A stretch of DNA of 63,365 nucleotides, counting the filler, from Intoshia linei (taxonomy: Eukaryota; Animalia; Orthonectida): assembly GCA_001642005.1 (NCBI GenBank). It is 7 parts of 7 records of this genome, joined end to end, with 100 filler letters (N's around TTAATTAATTAA, not from the genome) between each part and the next. Parts side by side here need not be neighbours in the genome. Positions count along the whole stretch, not along the records: positions 1 to 21,393 come from LWCA01000645.1; 6 more parts are not named here. One strand, given 5' to 3'. This document shows positions 1 to 13,391 of this stretch, one piece after another. The position numbers were made by a program, and so were the translations under genes. The notes beneath the pieces are model-generated. The model saw nothing but the letters and a program-made list of their open reading frames with translations, made no database searches and was not told where the DNA came from. How positions within the stretch are numbered: the stretch's first letter is position 1; each line of letters opens with the position of its first letter.

Positions 1-183
1 TTTATATTACATTTTCTTTGATAATATGAGATGTTTTACTTTGTATATTAGAATTAAATCAATAATTCTGATGTATTATTGTATGATTGAGTTATTTTTA
101 TTTATTTAATCCTTTTATATTCTTTTATTTAGATCTAATTAAGTAAACCCTGAATAATAAATATTTTTAAATTTATATTTAAA

Positions 184-1564
184 CGAGTTAGATGAAAACA
201 AATCTAATGGACCTGAAGAAAATGACACCACAAAAGAGTTAGAATCTACAATCAAATCCATGACAATTTTAAACCAAGATAAAGATGTAAATACTGAATC
301 TATTAAATCAAAAATTATTGATATACCAAGTGAAAAGTTGGAAACGGCAGATATTGATATCATAAAAGATGAGACGAATAAAATGTTGGATGTAACTGAT
401 TCAACTTTTGACATCAAAATTGAAAAAGAAAAGATTATGAAAACATGCCAGTGTTAGATGAGTTTTTATTTACATCTGAGTTTGATATAATTGATGATTC
501 TGTAAATTCAAATACGTCACATGAAACAGAAAAGGAATTTGTAAATTCTAAAATTGAGGATTCGTGCAATGTCAATACTCTTATAATGAATACACTTAGT
601 AAAATTGAAGCAATTGAAGCCATATAATTATCAACGTGCGTGAAAATTTGCAAAGACTATAATATTAATAAAATAATAAATCCCATAACAAAAGATACCA
701 ATCGGATCGTTAATGATACAGTTGATATTTTCCAAAATTTAAATACAGAATGTACAGCTAGTCCTGAAAAAAAAAACTTATAATTGTCATTGTTCGTCAG
801 CAGCTTCTGATGATAAATCATATCTTATCACGAGAAAGAATACATTATCTAATAATCCTATTTGAACTTGTTCCGTAAATTCAGAAAGTTTAATATCGAA
901 AAACAACAAAGCACGAATGAGCTTGTCGATTATCGTACTTGCTCCAGTGCAATGAATGATAAATCTTATTTTTATAACGATTAAAATTCTAATAAATTTG
1001 TCATATGTGAAAAACCAGTCCAATCTGAATTTTATAGGTATTCAAATTTATTGATTTATTTTTGAGTAGTTTTAATTTTTGATTTATAGTTGTGATTAAA
1101 ATATAACATTTAATTTAATATTTAGAACCCTACAAAAGTCTCATAATCAGCATGAATTTAATGAGTCTCGACATCCTATGTATTTAAATTTTGACGGAAA
1201 TGCACCGGTATATTCAAATCAATTAGCAAATGTCTACCTTGCTCGTCCTACAAACCCACAAGTTGAAATTAACAATAACAATGGAAATGCATATACTAAT
1301 TTATCTAGGATCATTAATGTACATAAAGCTCAACCAAATCAAGTATATACTAAAAATTCTCAATGTTACTACCAAGATAATTATTCTACACCTCAAATTC
1401 ATCAAAATAACCAATTCAACAGGTATAAAAATCCCGAAAATAGTAAATATGTTTATTCTTCCCAAAATATATCTCAAAAATTTAACCAAAATTATATCAC
1501 ATTTCCAAATGACAATGAATCTATACCTGACTTTAATTCTATATTTAACCCATCGAAAAAATGA
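184..1564 (+). pseudogene. Decayed inverted paralog of the orphan acidic/N-Q-Y-rich gene at 13392-21211
   Basis: 1-1060 aligns to the reverse complement of 21393-20250, and 1126-1570 to that of 13935-13390. The upstream acceptor AG reads AA (~181). There is a frameshift near 430, a stop at 625-627 and further disruptions. GT-AG intron at 1038-1125; the last exon is still open (1178-1564). Confidence 0.8.
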
Positions 1565-1732
1565 ATGACTAATTGTCAACACTTGTCTATAATTGTATTT
1601 TATTAAATTTATTGAAGTTGTAGCAAATTGCATATATCTAGGATAGTTAATCCTATGAAAATCGATGATAATTTAAATATATTCCAATAATTGCATATAT
1701 GATGACTGTACGTTTCATTTTGTGCAAAAGTA

Positions 1733-3480
1733 ATGTCTATTGAAATTGTATTAAACAATGATTGTTATTCTGGGTTTTTGTGGGATACAAAATTTCATGA
1801 TAATATGGTGGAATTGTCAGTTTCTCTCGTTTCCATAAATAACAGACAATCAAATAGTCTGGATATAGAAAGTTGCAATACTGAAGACGTGAGATTAGTT
1901 ACTTTAGATAAGAAGGATTCAACCCAAAACGATATTGGTATATCCATCAAAGGAGGAATCGAAATAGGGTTTCCAATTATAGTTTCTCAAATTTTTCCTG
2001 ATAGTTTGGCCAGTAAATGTAAACATTTGCACGTTGGAGATGTAATTATGAGCGTCAACGGTTTGTCACTGAAAGATAAAACTCATAGTGAAGCTGTCAA
2101 AATCTTAAAATCTTTTAAAGTATTATTAATGGAGGGTAAATTAATTTTTTTGAAATTTAAACTTTTGAATTTAGTCAAAAGCATAAATTATTACATGAAA
2201 AAAAATTCACTGAAAAAAATTTACACTCATAAAATGTTGATTTATATAAATTTTTGCTTTTTGGATCAGTCTAATGGCAATTATGAATACGAAATTTACA
2301 CACCCCTAATTTTTCTCAAAGACAAGCTCAGTGATCGAGACATTTGTTTTAGAAATTGTAACGCTAGACTCAAATTTCAATCTTCTAAAATGGCAATTTT
2401 CTTTATTAAATCGGTGTATGATATAATTTTACAATTTATGAGTAAAAACTTGCAGCATTTATTTCAAATTGGTAAAATATATATTTTCATTTCATTAATA
2501 AAAGTATAATAAAAATAATAATTATTATTCAGGATAAAAAATATTTAGACGAAAACACGCAATATAATTGGAAATGCGGTTTCATTAAATGCACAAATTA
2601 TAACTATAATGTGGTACATTTAATGACCATTTTTATTCAATTTTAGAATTGCAAACTTTTTCTTTTTCTAATTTTAACATCCGAAAAAATTTTCATATAC
2701 GACTGTATAACAGGTGTGTCAGATTTAAACGATCAAGTTCCTTTGCACGTTATTCACTTGATGGAGTGCAGGTAATCATTTTGTAAAAAATTAATATTGA
2801 CAAAGCTGTCGATTCATCAGAATGGCGTGATCTGTTGATATATAATCAATAAAACAAACATTGATTATTATAATAATTATTGAGCAGTTTTAATTATTTC
2901 AGTCAAAATAAATTAAATTTACTCGATTAAGTGTTTTTAGGATAGTCACCTCGTCTAATTCAAATTTACAAAGTTTTAAATTGCGCTGGTTTAATGAATC
3001 CTGTCAAAACAATCTAATTGGAAATATTCAATTCATTTTCATTTTTTTGGAAGAAAAAAATTGTTGGAAACAGTCTATAGAAGAAAATCAAATGATTATG
3101 TGCAAATTAACTACCTTTGTTAATTTTGGTATTTATTTACTAATAATTAATTTGGTAATTTTTATTTTTAACTAAATTATAGAATGCAATCATGATAAAA
3201 ATCCAGCAATGATTCAAGTTGGTAAAGATACACTAGTCATTTTGTGTAACAATAATTCGACCCATGTTTATAAAGTTATCAAGGAGTATTTATTAGATGA
3301 ATGCCGCTCAATAAAATGTCAAGATGATTATTTAAAAATTACTACCAAATCAAATGAAATAACAGTAATGTTTACAATTTTTTTAAACTTAAATAATAAA
3401 TTTAGACTCTCAAATTAAAAAATATGAAAATTATTTTTACATTACTTTTGTATTTGAAATATAAATTTTATTTTTTGTAA
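1733..3480 (+). CDS. Syntrophin-like protein (PDZ plus PH-like C-terminus), multi-exon
   Basis: PDZ GISIKGGIEIGFPIIVSQIFPDSLA..LHVGDVIMSVNG..KTHSEAVKILK closely resembles the syntrophin PDZ. Short GT-AG introns downstream; probable stop at 3478-3480. Exon boundaries approximate. Confidence 0.7.
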
Positions 3481-3509
3481 ATATTTACAATGAAATGTGT
3501 ATATGATCT

Positions 3510-6500
3510 TCATTTTTTATTAAATTTATTTATGGAGGTAGAGGACAGAGATGTTGAACTTTCAAATAATCCCGCCAATTCTTTTACTGAAATGGTATCT
3601 AAAATAAAGTACATTTTTATTTTTTAAATTAAAAAAATTTTCCAGGCAATTTTTATTGGAAAACATTTCGAAAGAATATAATTCAATATTTATTCGACCT
3701 GTTGGCTTAGTGCAGTGTTCCCTGGTTCAAATAGTGTACGGACCCCACCCCCCATTTCAAAATATTCATTTTTTTGACCCCCAAAGGAACCATGAAATAT
3801 AAAAAATTAATGAAAAAATGAAGGTTTTTTCAAAACAAGGTTTAGTCAAATCGCGTTTTTCAAAAAAAAATGGAAAAATTGCATTTTTTATTTTGGGTTT
3901 TAGATTAAGAAGTTGTTGGTATTAAGATTTGATAAAATCGGATTTTTGAATAAAAATATTCGAAAACAGTGATATTTCCTTGAAGCGTTGGTAAAATTGC
4001 ATTTTTATTATGGGGTTGGAATAAAAGGGTTTTTCCCAAAAAAATCAGTAAAAGTCGATTTTACTCACAGGGTATTAAAGTGTATTTATTATTAAATTTT
4101 ATTAATGGTGGGATAAAAATGGGATTTTTCAAGTAATAACATATCGGTCGTCTAGGCTTTGAGGTAAATTCTCAACATCTGGCAACTCTGTAATAAATAC
4201 TAAAAATTCTCTTATAAAAATAAACAAAAATTAATAAAATTTTTTTATATATTTTATTTAAATATCATGGACATCTACAGTTTTATAGTTTTGGACCACA
4301 AAGCAACCCAAAGACCACAATAGGAAACTACTGTCTTAGTCGTTGTGATTCCCCAGGAAATTAAAAAAACTAAGAATTTAACCAATTTTAACTTTAAGAA
4401 AAACTGGACAATAGAATAGTTCAGGGGTCGTCACCTTTTTGATGCATAGTTACTTTTTATGATTTTAATCGTTTCCTAGGCACCAAATTTATTCTTTACT
4501 TAAATAAATTGAATGTCTATGTGTGTTATTGTCACAGCTGGCTGAAATAATGGTACCAGTATAATTTTGCTGGCGCTATTCAGTACAGCTGGTGCCACCG
4601 CTAGTTTTGTTTATTTAAAAAATTAACCGTCCTAGAACATAAAAACCCAATTTCTAATATAGTTTTTCGAGAGTCATGTTTTATCGCAAGTTTCCTTTCT
4701 TAAAAATTGAAGCCTTAAGGGAAAAACATAATTTAACTTTTTTTAAATGAAATGAGCCCTATAATTTAAAAAAACAGTAATTCTGGGAAAGTTTTTAAAT
4801 AATTTTTTGGTTGTAAGGGGATATTTATATTAAAAATTTGGGATATATTAATATAAACAGTGACAGTAATAAATATATTATTTTTTAATTAACATATAAT
4901 ATAATTTTCAATTTATTAATTATTAAATATTGACTTCAGAATCCGAAGTTCGGACATAATAAGTTAAAAAAAAAATGGTTATATAATGAATAAAATTTTA
5001 AATATATATACAACGTAGTGGAAAAATTTTTTAGGGGCGTTAAGAAAATATATTTCTAAAAAGGGGCAGTAGACAAAATGAGTTTTGGAAACCCTGGTGT
5101 AAGCCCTACCAAAACAAAAACAAAAATGGTAAAACAAAAAAAAATTTTAAACGTAAAAATAGTGCATCCGCAGTGCGGATTCCGCACAGCATTCAATAAT
5201 TCACAAATATTCAATTTAATGATTTACTTACATAAAAATACTAATGTACAATGTGTTATGTATTTATTTTTTTTTCATTTTTAAAAAAAAAAAGTTATTC
5301 CAAATCAAATTATAATTATAAAATAAATAAACGCATATAATACCTGAATTGGTTTTCATTTTTCGAGATTTTTTGGAATTTTGAAAGCCATCGCTCTTTA
5401 TTTTTCTTGTAACTAAATTTACACTGTTGACTAATCTTAATGATTTGATTTACACTTAATTCACTCTCTCCCTAACTTTCAGAATAAATAAAAATTTTAA
5501 AATCGGGTAAATAGCCAAAACAGGCTACGAGTGAATTAGGTTAGTCAAAGTGAAACGGTGGTAATTTTACTTACTAACGCTTTAATTGAACAACACTTTA
5601 ATTTGAAATTTGACGGGTTTCATATTTTAATATTTTTTAATATCTACATCTTATTTTTAGCGCATGATCTGTTATATTCTGGGATATGAATCATATCATC
5701 AAAATTGAAAGTAAACTGAGTCCTCAAAACTGAAAAACTTTTTAAACTTTAAAAAAAAATTTCAAAGACATTAACCAAACTCGAATCGACACAATCTGGT
5801 AATTTATTGAAAATAAAATACAATATATACATTAAAAAAATTACGTTTATCAATTTTACGTTTAATAATACAGGATTTAGTTAATCTAATAATTTAATTT
5901 AGTTTAAATGATATATGTATGTGACAAAATAAATAATTTACTTTTTTGTTTCAAAAACATTGGAATTATCTGAAAATGAATCTAAAATGTACAATTACAA
6001 CCGATCATTAATTTTTAAATTACACTAAAAAAATTTGAAAAAAATACCAAATCGTAGAGAATTATTAATTTTCGACAATACCGTTTCGCTACTAGATCTA
6101 TGAATAGATGGCTTGAAAAACAAAATTCCATCCAAATCTAATAAGTTTAATAAAATTAAATAATAAACCTTAACATTACAATGAATCTTACCTATAAATG
6201 TATCAGATGGAGAAAGAATATTTTCACATCCATCAACATTTTTGTAACCGTAATGTTTAGATTTATAATTACACGACGGCTCAGAGAAAGTGTGATTCTT
6301 TGACGTTGATATTTTCAATTTTAAATGTTTTTTATTTCGTTTATCTCCACTAGAATTAAATTTGTAAATTCTATGATAAGACGCAGTTAGCATGCCTTCA
6401 TAAATTTGTAATTGCTTATTAAATCCTTTATTAGGTTGAATTATACTTCTTTTATTTTTAACAAATTCTGTTGCTTCATTCATTGATATAGATTTATATT

Positions 6501-9500
6501 TCATGAGATAGGCTATAACCTAAAATTTTTAGTAGTCAAATAGGAATGGAAGTAGTGTAAAAGTCCATTTTATAAAACAGAAATTTATAATACCGTAGTT
6601 TTATATTAAATATTATTACTATACAATTAAATGTAATTTGAACTTATCAAAATTAAAATGATAGTAGCGACGGAAATAATTAATATTAACTGTTTCAAAA
6701 TTATTCAATAAGGCGCAATTCAAAGTATTACTTAAATTAAACTAAAATTTTACTAATTTCGAAATTTAATAAAGTGAAATGTATTAATAAAAAAATATTG
6801 ATTTAAAAGGTAAATTTTACAATAGAATTTTGTATATTAAAATTTAAGTAAATGTATAGGTAAGATAAATTAAATACCGTTGAAGCAGATCTGCTTATTC
6901 CCATTTTGCAATGAACTAAAACAGCACCATTATTTTTTCTAAATTAATAGTATCAAGATAAAATATAATTAATGGATTAAAAAAATAATACATTAATTTA
7001 GTGCTTTAATAGTATTTATAACATGTATAAAAACAAACCTTACATCTTCGATAAAACAAAATGTATGGTGCCATTTATCAAGGAGTGTAGAAGTTGGAAT
7101 GTCGAGCACTCTGATATTTTTATAGTTAAATTCAAATGGATAAAAATTATCAATTTCCACTGTCATATTCAGTATATGTGTGATACTAATCATATACATT
7201 ATTAATTATTGATTAAACAAAAATACTTTAATTCTTTCAATTCATGATAATTACAAGCGTTCATTTCAGTTCCAAGATATAGGTAGGGTAAAATTTGTGT
7301 AGGTGCATCTAATTGAGCCATAAGTATTATAGTTTCTTGTCTAATAAATTTTCTATAAATTTCAACGTCCTTTCCAATTTCTACCTCCAATTGTTCATCC
7401 AACTAAAGTTTTTATAGGTTAAAATTTAAACCTGTAAATTATGAACATCTTAAATGTTGGTTAAACTCTGTCATATTCGAGCCCAATTTTAGACACTAGA
7501 TTTTTAATTTACAATGTTTGTAGACAAATTAAAGCCGTCGATCAACATTTAATCACATGAGGCTAGAAATATTTTATTATATTAAAATACATATAAAAAT
7601 TTCAAATGCACCCGAGGGTTCACGTAATTCGATTTTAGAACCTTATTAGTGAAAAATGGATAAATTTTTTTCTGATCGATCCATCGCAGCTCTCTGCCGA
7701 GGCGGACTTTTTAATTTTAACACCGATTTTTCAATTTATTAAAGACAATAAGTGTATGATCTTAAAAACAATCAAAGTATAGTTACAAATAGTGATGCGA
7801 CGATTCCAAGGAATCAGAATCGACAATTGCTGTAATCGTTCTTTTTTTAGGAATCAGCATCGGTAAAATTTTAACTAATTCTCCAAAACGAAATAGAACC
7901 TTTGGTACAAATGGTGAAAAGCTAATATTTTAACATTATAATTTAAAATTATTTGTTCTGACATTAATTTAATATTAATTAATTAATTTTAAGCATTTTT
8001 ATTATGTTTCTTAGTTGTTTATTTTGTAGTTCTATAAATTCGATTATTATTGGTTATTTATCTAATCAAAAAAAATAAAACTCTCACAAATAGTATGATT
8101 CAAAAGTATTTGGAATCGCATTGGAATCGGAAGCGTTTTTTTTGAAGAATCGAAACGGAATCGGCATCGTTGAAAATTTGATAATCGTCTTATCACTACA
8201 AACCTAATAGTAACCGGTAGTTACAAACCTAATAAATCGTCATAAAAAACGTAGTTTTTTCCATCATGCATTTCGGAGGAAGGAGTAGAGCCGTGGAGAG
8301 CCAGCAGTAGGTCAGTATAGTAATGGTAGGGCTCTCTAGATTTTTTTAAAATTGAGACGTCTATACATTGTTTAATCGATCGTCTATTCAATAGACTATT
8401 GTATAGAAATTGAAAATAACAATTATAAACCGCATTGGTCATAATAATTTTGACATACTTAAGAAAGGTTCCAACATTATCTATTAATAAATTAAAATAT
8501 TAAGCCCCTAATGATTGTAGACCCGGTCCATATTGCCTTTAGCCCCCCTCAATGCCTCTGGGAAGGATTGGTTCCCAAAATTGTTTCTCCATGGACTGAT
8601 TGTCAAAAAGTGCACTTTTTTGGGATTGCTATTTATAATAATGCTCTTGATTTTAAAAACAATGACAATTTATGTTTTATAAAAATTTAGGACTTTTTTA
8701 ATTAAAAAAAAAAGGGTTGATTTGCGGCTTTGAATATGAAAATGTAAGTTTCTGAGGCTGAGATTTTCGCCAATAATAACGAATTTCAAATGATTGTCAA
8801 AATATATGCTTTTTTAAATTGTAGAGGTGATTTTTTTATAAAAAAATAAAATTTGCAATGCTACATCACGCTTGAAAAATTGTATTAGCAAGTTGATTTT
8901 TTAACACACTCGCATTACATTTTATATAAGTAATGGATGTAATGTATATATTTTTTTTTGGTCCACAGGTTTTTTCCAATACCATCGTAGGGTCCACAGC
9001 GAAAAAAGGTTCAGAATGTCTGGTCTAATATCTATGTAATCATAATACCCTGGGCCGTGAAGATCTAAGAGTGGACCCGGACCAGATGAACATTCTAGGT
9101 AACTGAATATACGTTTAAAAAAAATTTTTGTTCCTTCATCCATTGTTTTATCCAGTGGTTGCCCAACTTTTATTCGGCGTTACAGTGCCACGTGATAAAT
9201 AAAAAAATTTACCACACCTTAAAAAAAATTCCTAACACCATCTATTGATTTAGAATAGTATGGGAGATCATATGGTCTCTAGCCCATCTCCACGGCCCTG
9301 ATCAATCCTCTAAATTTATATTATGGAGCTTTTCGAAGTTTTCGAAAAATGAACTCCTTTTCCAATCTTATTGGAAAACCGGTTTTCAAATTTTCTAATA
9401 ATCAGGACTTTCAATTATGAGACTGTAATAAATATCTAAAGATGCCACGCAAATTATAAAATCAACCATAACATTAAATTCACGGTTATCATGTACAAAA

Positions 9501-12023
9501 AAATAAATAAAGTCAGACTCGTTAATAATGAACCCTAAATGTCACATTTTTGACAGATTCACTATTAAACATTTCTGTGATTACCCTTTACCTCTAAAAA
9601 ACATTTTAAGAAATGTCTGAATAATAAAGTTAATTTTATTTTAATAAATTGGTATAATTATTATACTATTATAATAATAGTAACCATAAAAATCGTTACA
9701 CTAACAATTTATATTTTGTTTTTCTCAATTTTTAAAAATTTTGAAGACTCTTAAAATGTTAAAAATATTCTCTTAAAAACCCTACAAAATTTTGGACCTA
9801 AGATTATCTTTAAAATGTTAAAAAATTGGTTGAAAGAAATATCGGTCTAAAAATCAATAATATTAAAAATTAAAAAGCATTTTTTGTAAATTCATTATAA
9901 TGAATTTGAACAATTTGAATAAAATAACGAACTTGCATAATCTTTAGTGGCGTACACAATTTTACACAAAATCATTCACTATTAAAAAAATTCATTATTG
10001 AGGGTATGCAATACACATTATTGATGAGTCTAACTGTATAAAAAAAATTTTTTTTAAATATAAATCATTTAAATTTTCATAAAATTTACTTCCATAAAAC
10101 TTATAGTGTCTAAATTGGAAACACGTAAAATTGATAAAATGAATTGGCTAAGTTTTCGTTTGTCTTCATTTTCGACTCTAAATTTTGAATACAGATATAT
10201 TTAAATTATAAATTTAATTACGAAAACAAACGCTCTTCGTGGGTACACTTGTGAGATTCAATACCCGGCATTTCGTTCCTAAAATTTAAATTAATTGTTC
10301 CATCATTGTTAATTAAACTAAATCTGAATATGTAAAGTTAATTACATGTATTATAATTATAAAATGTTTTATTTTTTATCTGATACATTTTTCCAATTTT
10401 ATGGAGTCTAACGCCTATTGTTCTCTGCAATAGTTTGTCAGCGCAAAAAAATTCCGACTACGACCAATACAATGTACAATTGTATTGAAAACTTGTATAT
10501 TTTAACTTGATACAAATGTTAATTTTTAAGTGACTTTTTCATATATTTCAAGTAATTTTTCCCAAATTTTAAAATGAGTTATTAAAAAAATCTAAAAATT
10601 GCTTTTAAACTGCGTGTGGAAATGAAAAAAGTTCTCTTGTAGTTGAATACACCATGCAACAATAATTACCATCTATTAATGCTATTCTTATCCGATGTGA
10701 TATTGGAATTATAGTAATTGAGAAAATCCGAGTTGTTTTGACTATCAATCATTAATTTCCAATTTGCTGATAACTGAGCCCTTAGTTTGTTAATTCTTGT
10801 CAAAAATGCCCTAATTATAACATAATAATTATATATTAGAGTTTCCAAAACTTTTAGCATCCATGACCCATCTAAGAATATGAATTTTTTATGGTTCCCA
10901 TAAAATTTGTTTAACAAATTTGCTATCATCCGTGTTGGGAAGCCCTGTTAAAAGTATTAAAACTTTTTAAACTTTAAACCCTTAAATTTTAAATTAAAAG
11001 TGTAATGGGGAAATGTATCAATTATGATGATTTACCACATGGCTTTAATAGTTATTGGTTTAATCAAAATATCGCGGTTATTTGTAGACATAATCAAGCA
11101 ACTAAACAGACAATTAAGATTTTTTTATAACATGATAATTCAGGCCTCATAAATAATATTTTGTAATTTGCAAAATATTATTTAACGTTAAATTTTAATT
11201 TGAAATGGTTCCATTGTCATCGTTGTATTTTACACTACACAATGAAATTTTTTGATCGCATTATTCCATTTTATAAAACTTGAAAATTGTACAATGACGT
11301 GAATGCGTTTATGAAATTAAAACATACCCTGACCCATCAACATTGACATGGACTGTCATGTTCATTGGAAATACAAGACCGATAGTTGCGACATCACAGT
11401 TTTCTTGAGACACAACGTCAAACCCCAGTAAACATGTTTGGTGTAAATCATTATTAGTGACAATCGCAACATATCGTTTATTAGTTTGTTCAGGTGGGAC
11501 GTCAAGTTCGACTAGAAAATGTATACCATCCGTATCTTTGAGCGTATCAATCATTAAATTTAAATGGTGAGTAAATTGAGTATCTAAATTAAACCATGAA
11601 TAAAAAATAAGTTAAATTCTTACCTTTCGGCAATTGTTTAGATTCAATAGTTTGGGAAACTCTTGGCAGTAATTGAGCCACACCTTTAGATACATGATAT
11701 GATGTACAACTAAATTTATAATTTGATAAAATTTTATTTAAACCTTTTCAATTTACTGATAAACCTGGAACACAGTAAAATATGGTTCAGCATATCAATC
11801 TACAAGTAAGTTTATCACTGTCAATATTTATCAACAAATAAATAAATTTTATTATTTACTAATATTTATAAGATACTATAACCTATCTCTCCGTGAGGCG
11901 TAAACAAATTTATTGTTTTGTATATTACTTTTAAATTTCTTAAGGATTTCCAATGATTAATCGAAAAATGGGTTGTAGATAAACCTAATTAATATGCCCG
12001 TATGATATAATACTGCGTTCCAT
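3510..12023 (-). CDS. SSH: Protein phosphatase Slingshot homolog (cofilin dual-specificity phosphatase), multi-exon
   Basis: N-terminal SSH motifs CLLGFD..TIGLVFP..VDGSG (11330-11440), KPITIKAMW and YYNSNITSDKNSINRW. Also QLDAPTQILPYLYLGTEMNACN (7230-7330), catalytic VHCKMGISRSAST (~6880-6920) and IQPNKGFNKQLQIYEGML. The 5' and 3' ends are uncertain. Confidence 0.9.
3713..4333 (+). mobile_element. Non-autonomous hAT-type MITE (family also at 37706-38260, ~51755-52419 and part at ~42915-42985)
   Basis: Termini CAGTGTTCCC...GGAAACTACTG, degenerate 8-bp TSD (gcttagtg/tcttagtc), shared internal sequence with the other copies. Confidence 0.65.
7790..8198. mobile_element. MITE with TAGTGAT termini and internal GGAATCG repeats, in an SSH intron
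   Basis: Imperfect TIRs tagtgatgcgacgatt / aatcgtcttatcacta; subterminal gaatcg repeats. No clear TSD. Confidence 0.5.
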
Positions 12024-12614
12024 AATTCAATTTAAAAGGTTCAACATGACAATATTAAATCATTCGTTTTGTTTTGTTTACCGTTTTTCTATTTTTATAA
12101 TCATTATTCCATCATTTCATTTTTTGAACTATATACTCATCTTGATATTTACAATATAAACCTGTTAGGCTCGCATAACAACTATTGTTCAAATGTCATT
12201 GTGTCAGTGTTACCACGTTTTTTATGAATAAATCCTTTATTATTATAACTTGTGAATCAGTTTGTTTTATTGTATTTTTACATATTTTCACTTAACAATC
12301 AAGTTTTTATTTTGTGAAATAATTCTTGATATTTCAGCTATAAAATTTCCGTGCTTTTGATGTACCGCTAATATTATGGGGTTATATATCGAGTCACATG
12401 AAAATTTTAGTAAACGATATTAAAAAATAACATTTCTTTTAGTGAAACCAGTTATGTAGTATAGTATTATATTTCTTAAATTACGCTAATTTATGAAATT
12501 ATTAATTAAACTTACATTGATTAGTGATTAAATCTGGTACCTTTTTGCCTAAATCACTGATTCTTAACTTTTTAAGGTTTTTTTAGAAATTTTAAAAATG
12601 TTTTAGGGTTTTAA

Positions 12615-12746
12615 CCCTTTCACTGTCTGGAATTTATGATTTAATTTAAACTTGTATAATTTTTAAATTATCAATGTGAAAATAAAAGAATAAAGTTTTT
12701 CAAAATTATGCTGTGTATAGTATAGAATACACAGACAGTGAAAGGG
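12615..12746. mobile_element. piggyBac-like mini-MITE
   Basis: Perfect 15-bp TIR CCCTTTCACTGTCTG / CAGACAGTGAAAGGG, with TTAA immediately on the left. Confidence 0.6.
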
Positions 12747-12769
12747 TAGGGGAATTTTTTTTACCCAAT

Positions 12770-13045
12770 TTATAAAGATAATTTTGGTACCAAAATTTTT
12801 TAGGAATTATTATTTTTTTAACCCAATTTTTAAAGATTTTTAAGATCCCATAAAATTTAAAAATATTCCCTTCAAAATACTACAAAATTTTGGTACCAAA
12901 TTGTCTTCAAAATTTTTAAAAATTGTATAAACAAATAATCTTTCCTTCAACCCGACCAAATTTAGTTCCCAAAAATTATCTTCAAAATTATTAAAAATGG
13001 TATAAAAAATATTCACCTTCAAAAAACTACAAAATTTTGGTCATT
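12770..13045. repeat. Imperfect minisatellite built on AAAATTTTGGTACCAAA..TCTTCAAAA units
   Basis: Several degenerate units, including the palindrome AATTTTGGTACCAAAATT; related units at ~9740-9830 and ~44070-44130. Confidence 0.5.
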
Positions 13046-13391
13046 ATCATTAAAGAAACCACAAAAATATTGTCAAAAAATAAATATTATGATTACTTAG
13101 CAAAATCGATGATTATGTGGCTCTAAGATGTATCCTTCAAGTAAATGTTCTCTGTCTTAGTGTATAATCAAAACTTGGTCAAACTTGACCAACGACATTA
13201 GTTTGACAGGAACGAAACATTTTTATAAATAAAAATATTGATAGTCCATGACAATCGTAAAATTTCCCAAATAGGAATTCCCGATTATTATCCCGATCGG
13301 AAAATTAAGATTTTTACAGAAATTTGTTACAAATTACAATTGATTTTTAATAAAATATAATTATAGACAAGAGTTGGTAATTATTATAAAT

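Noticed and set aside
8221-9143. Short ORFs 8221-8442 and 8922-9143 inside the SSH intron
   Set aside because: They overlap TIR-like repeat sequence (GCCGTGGAGAG motif, also at ~9290 and ~17540) and show no protein motifs.
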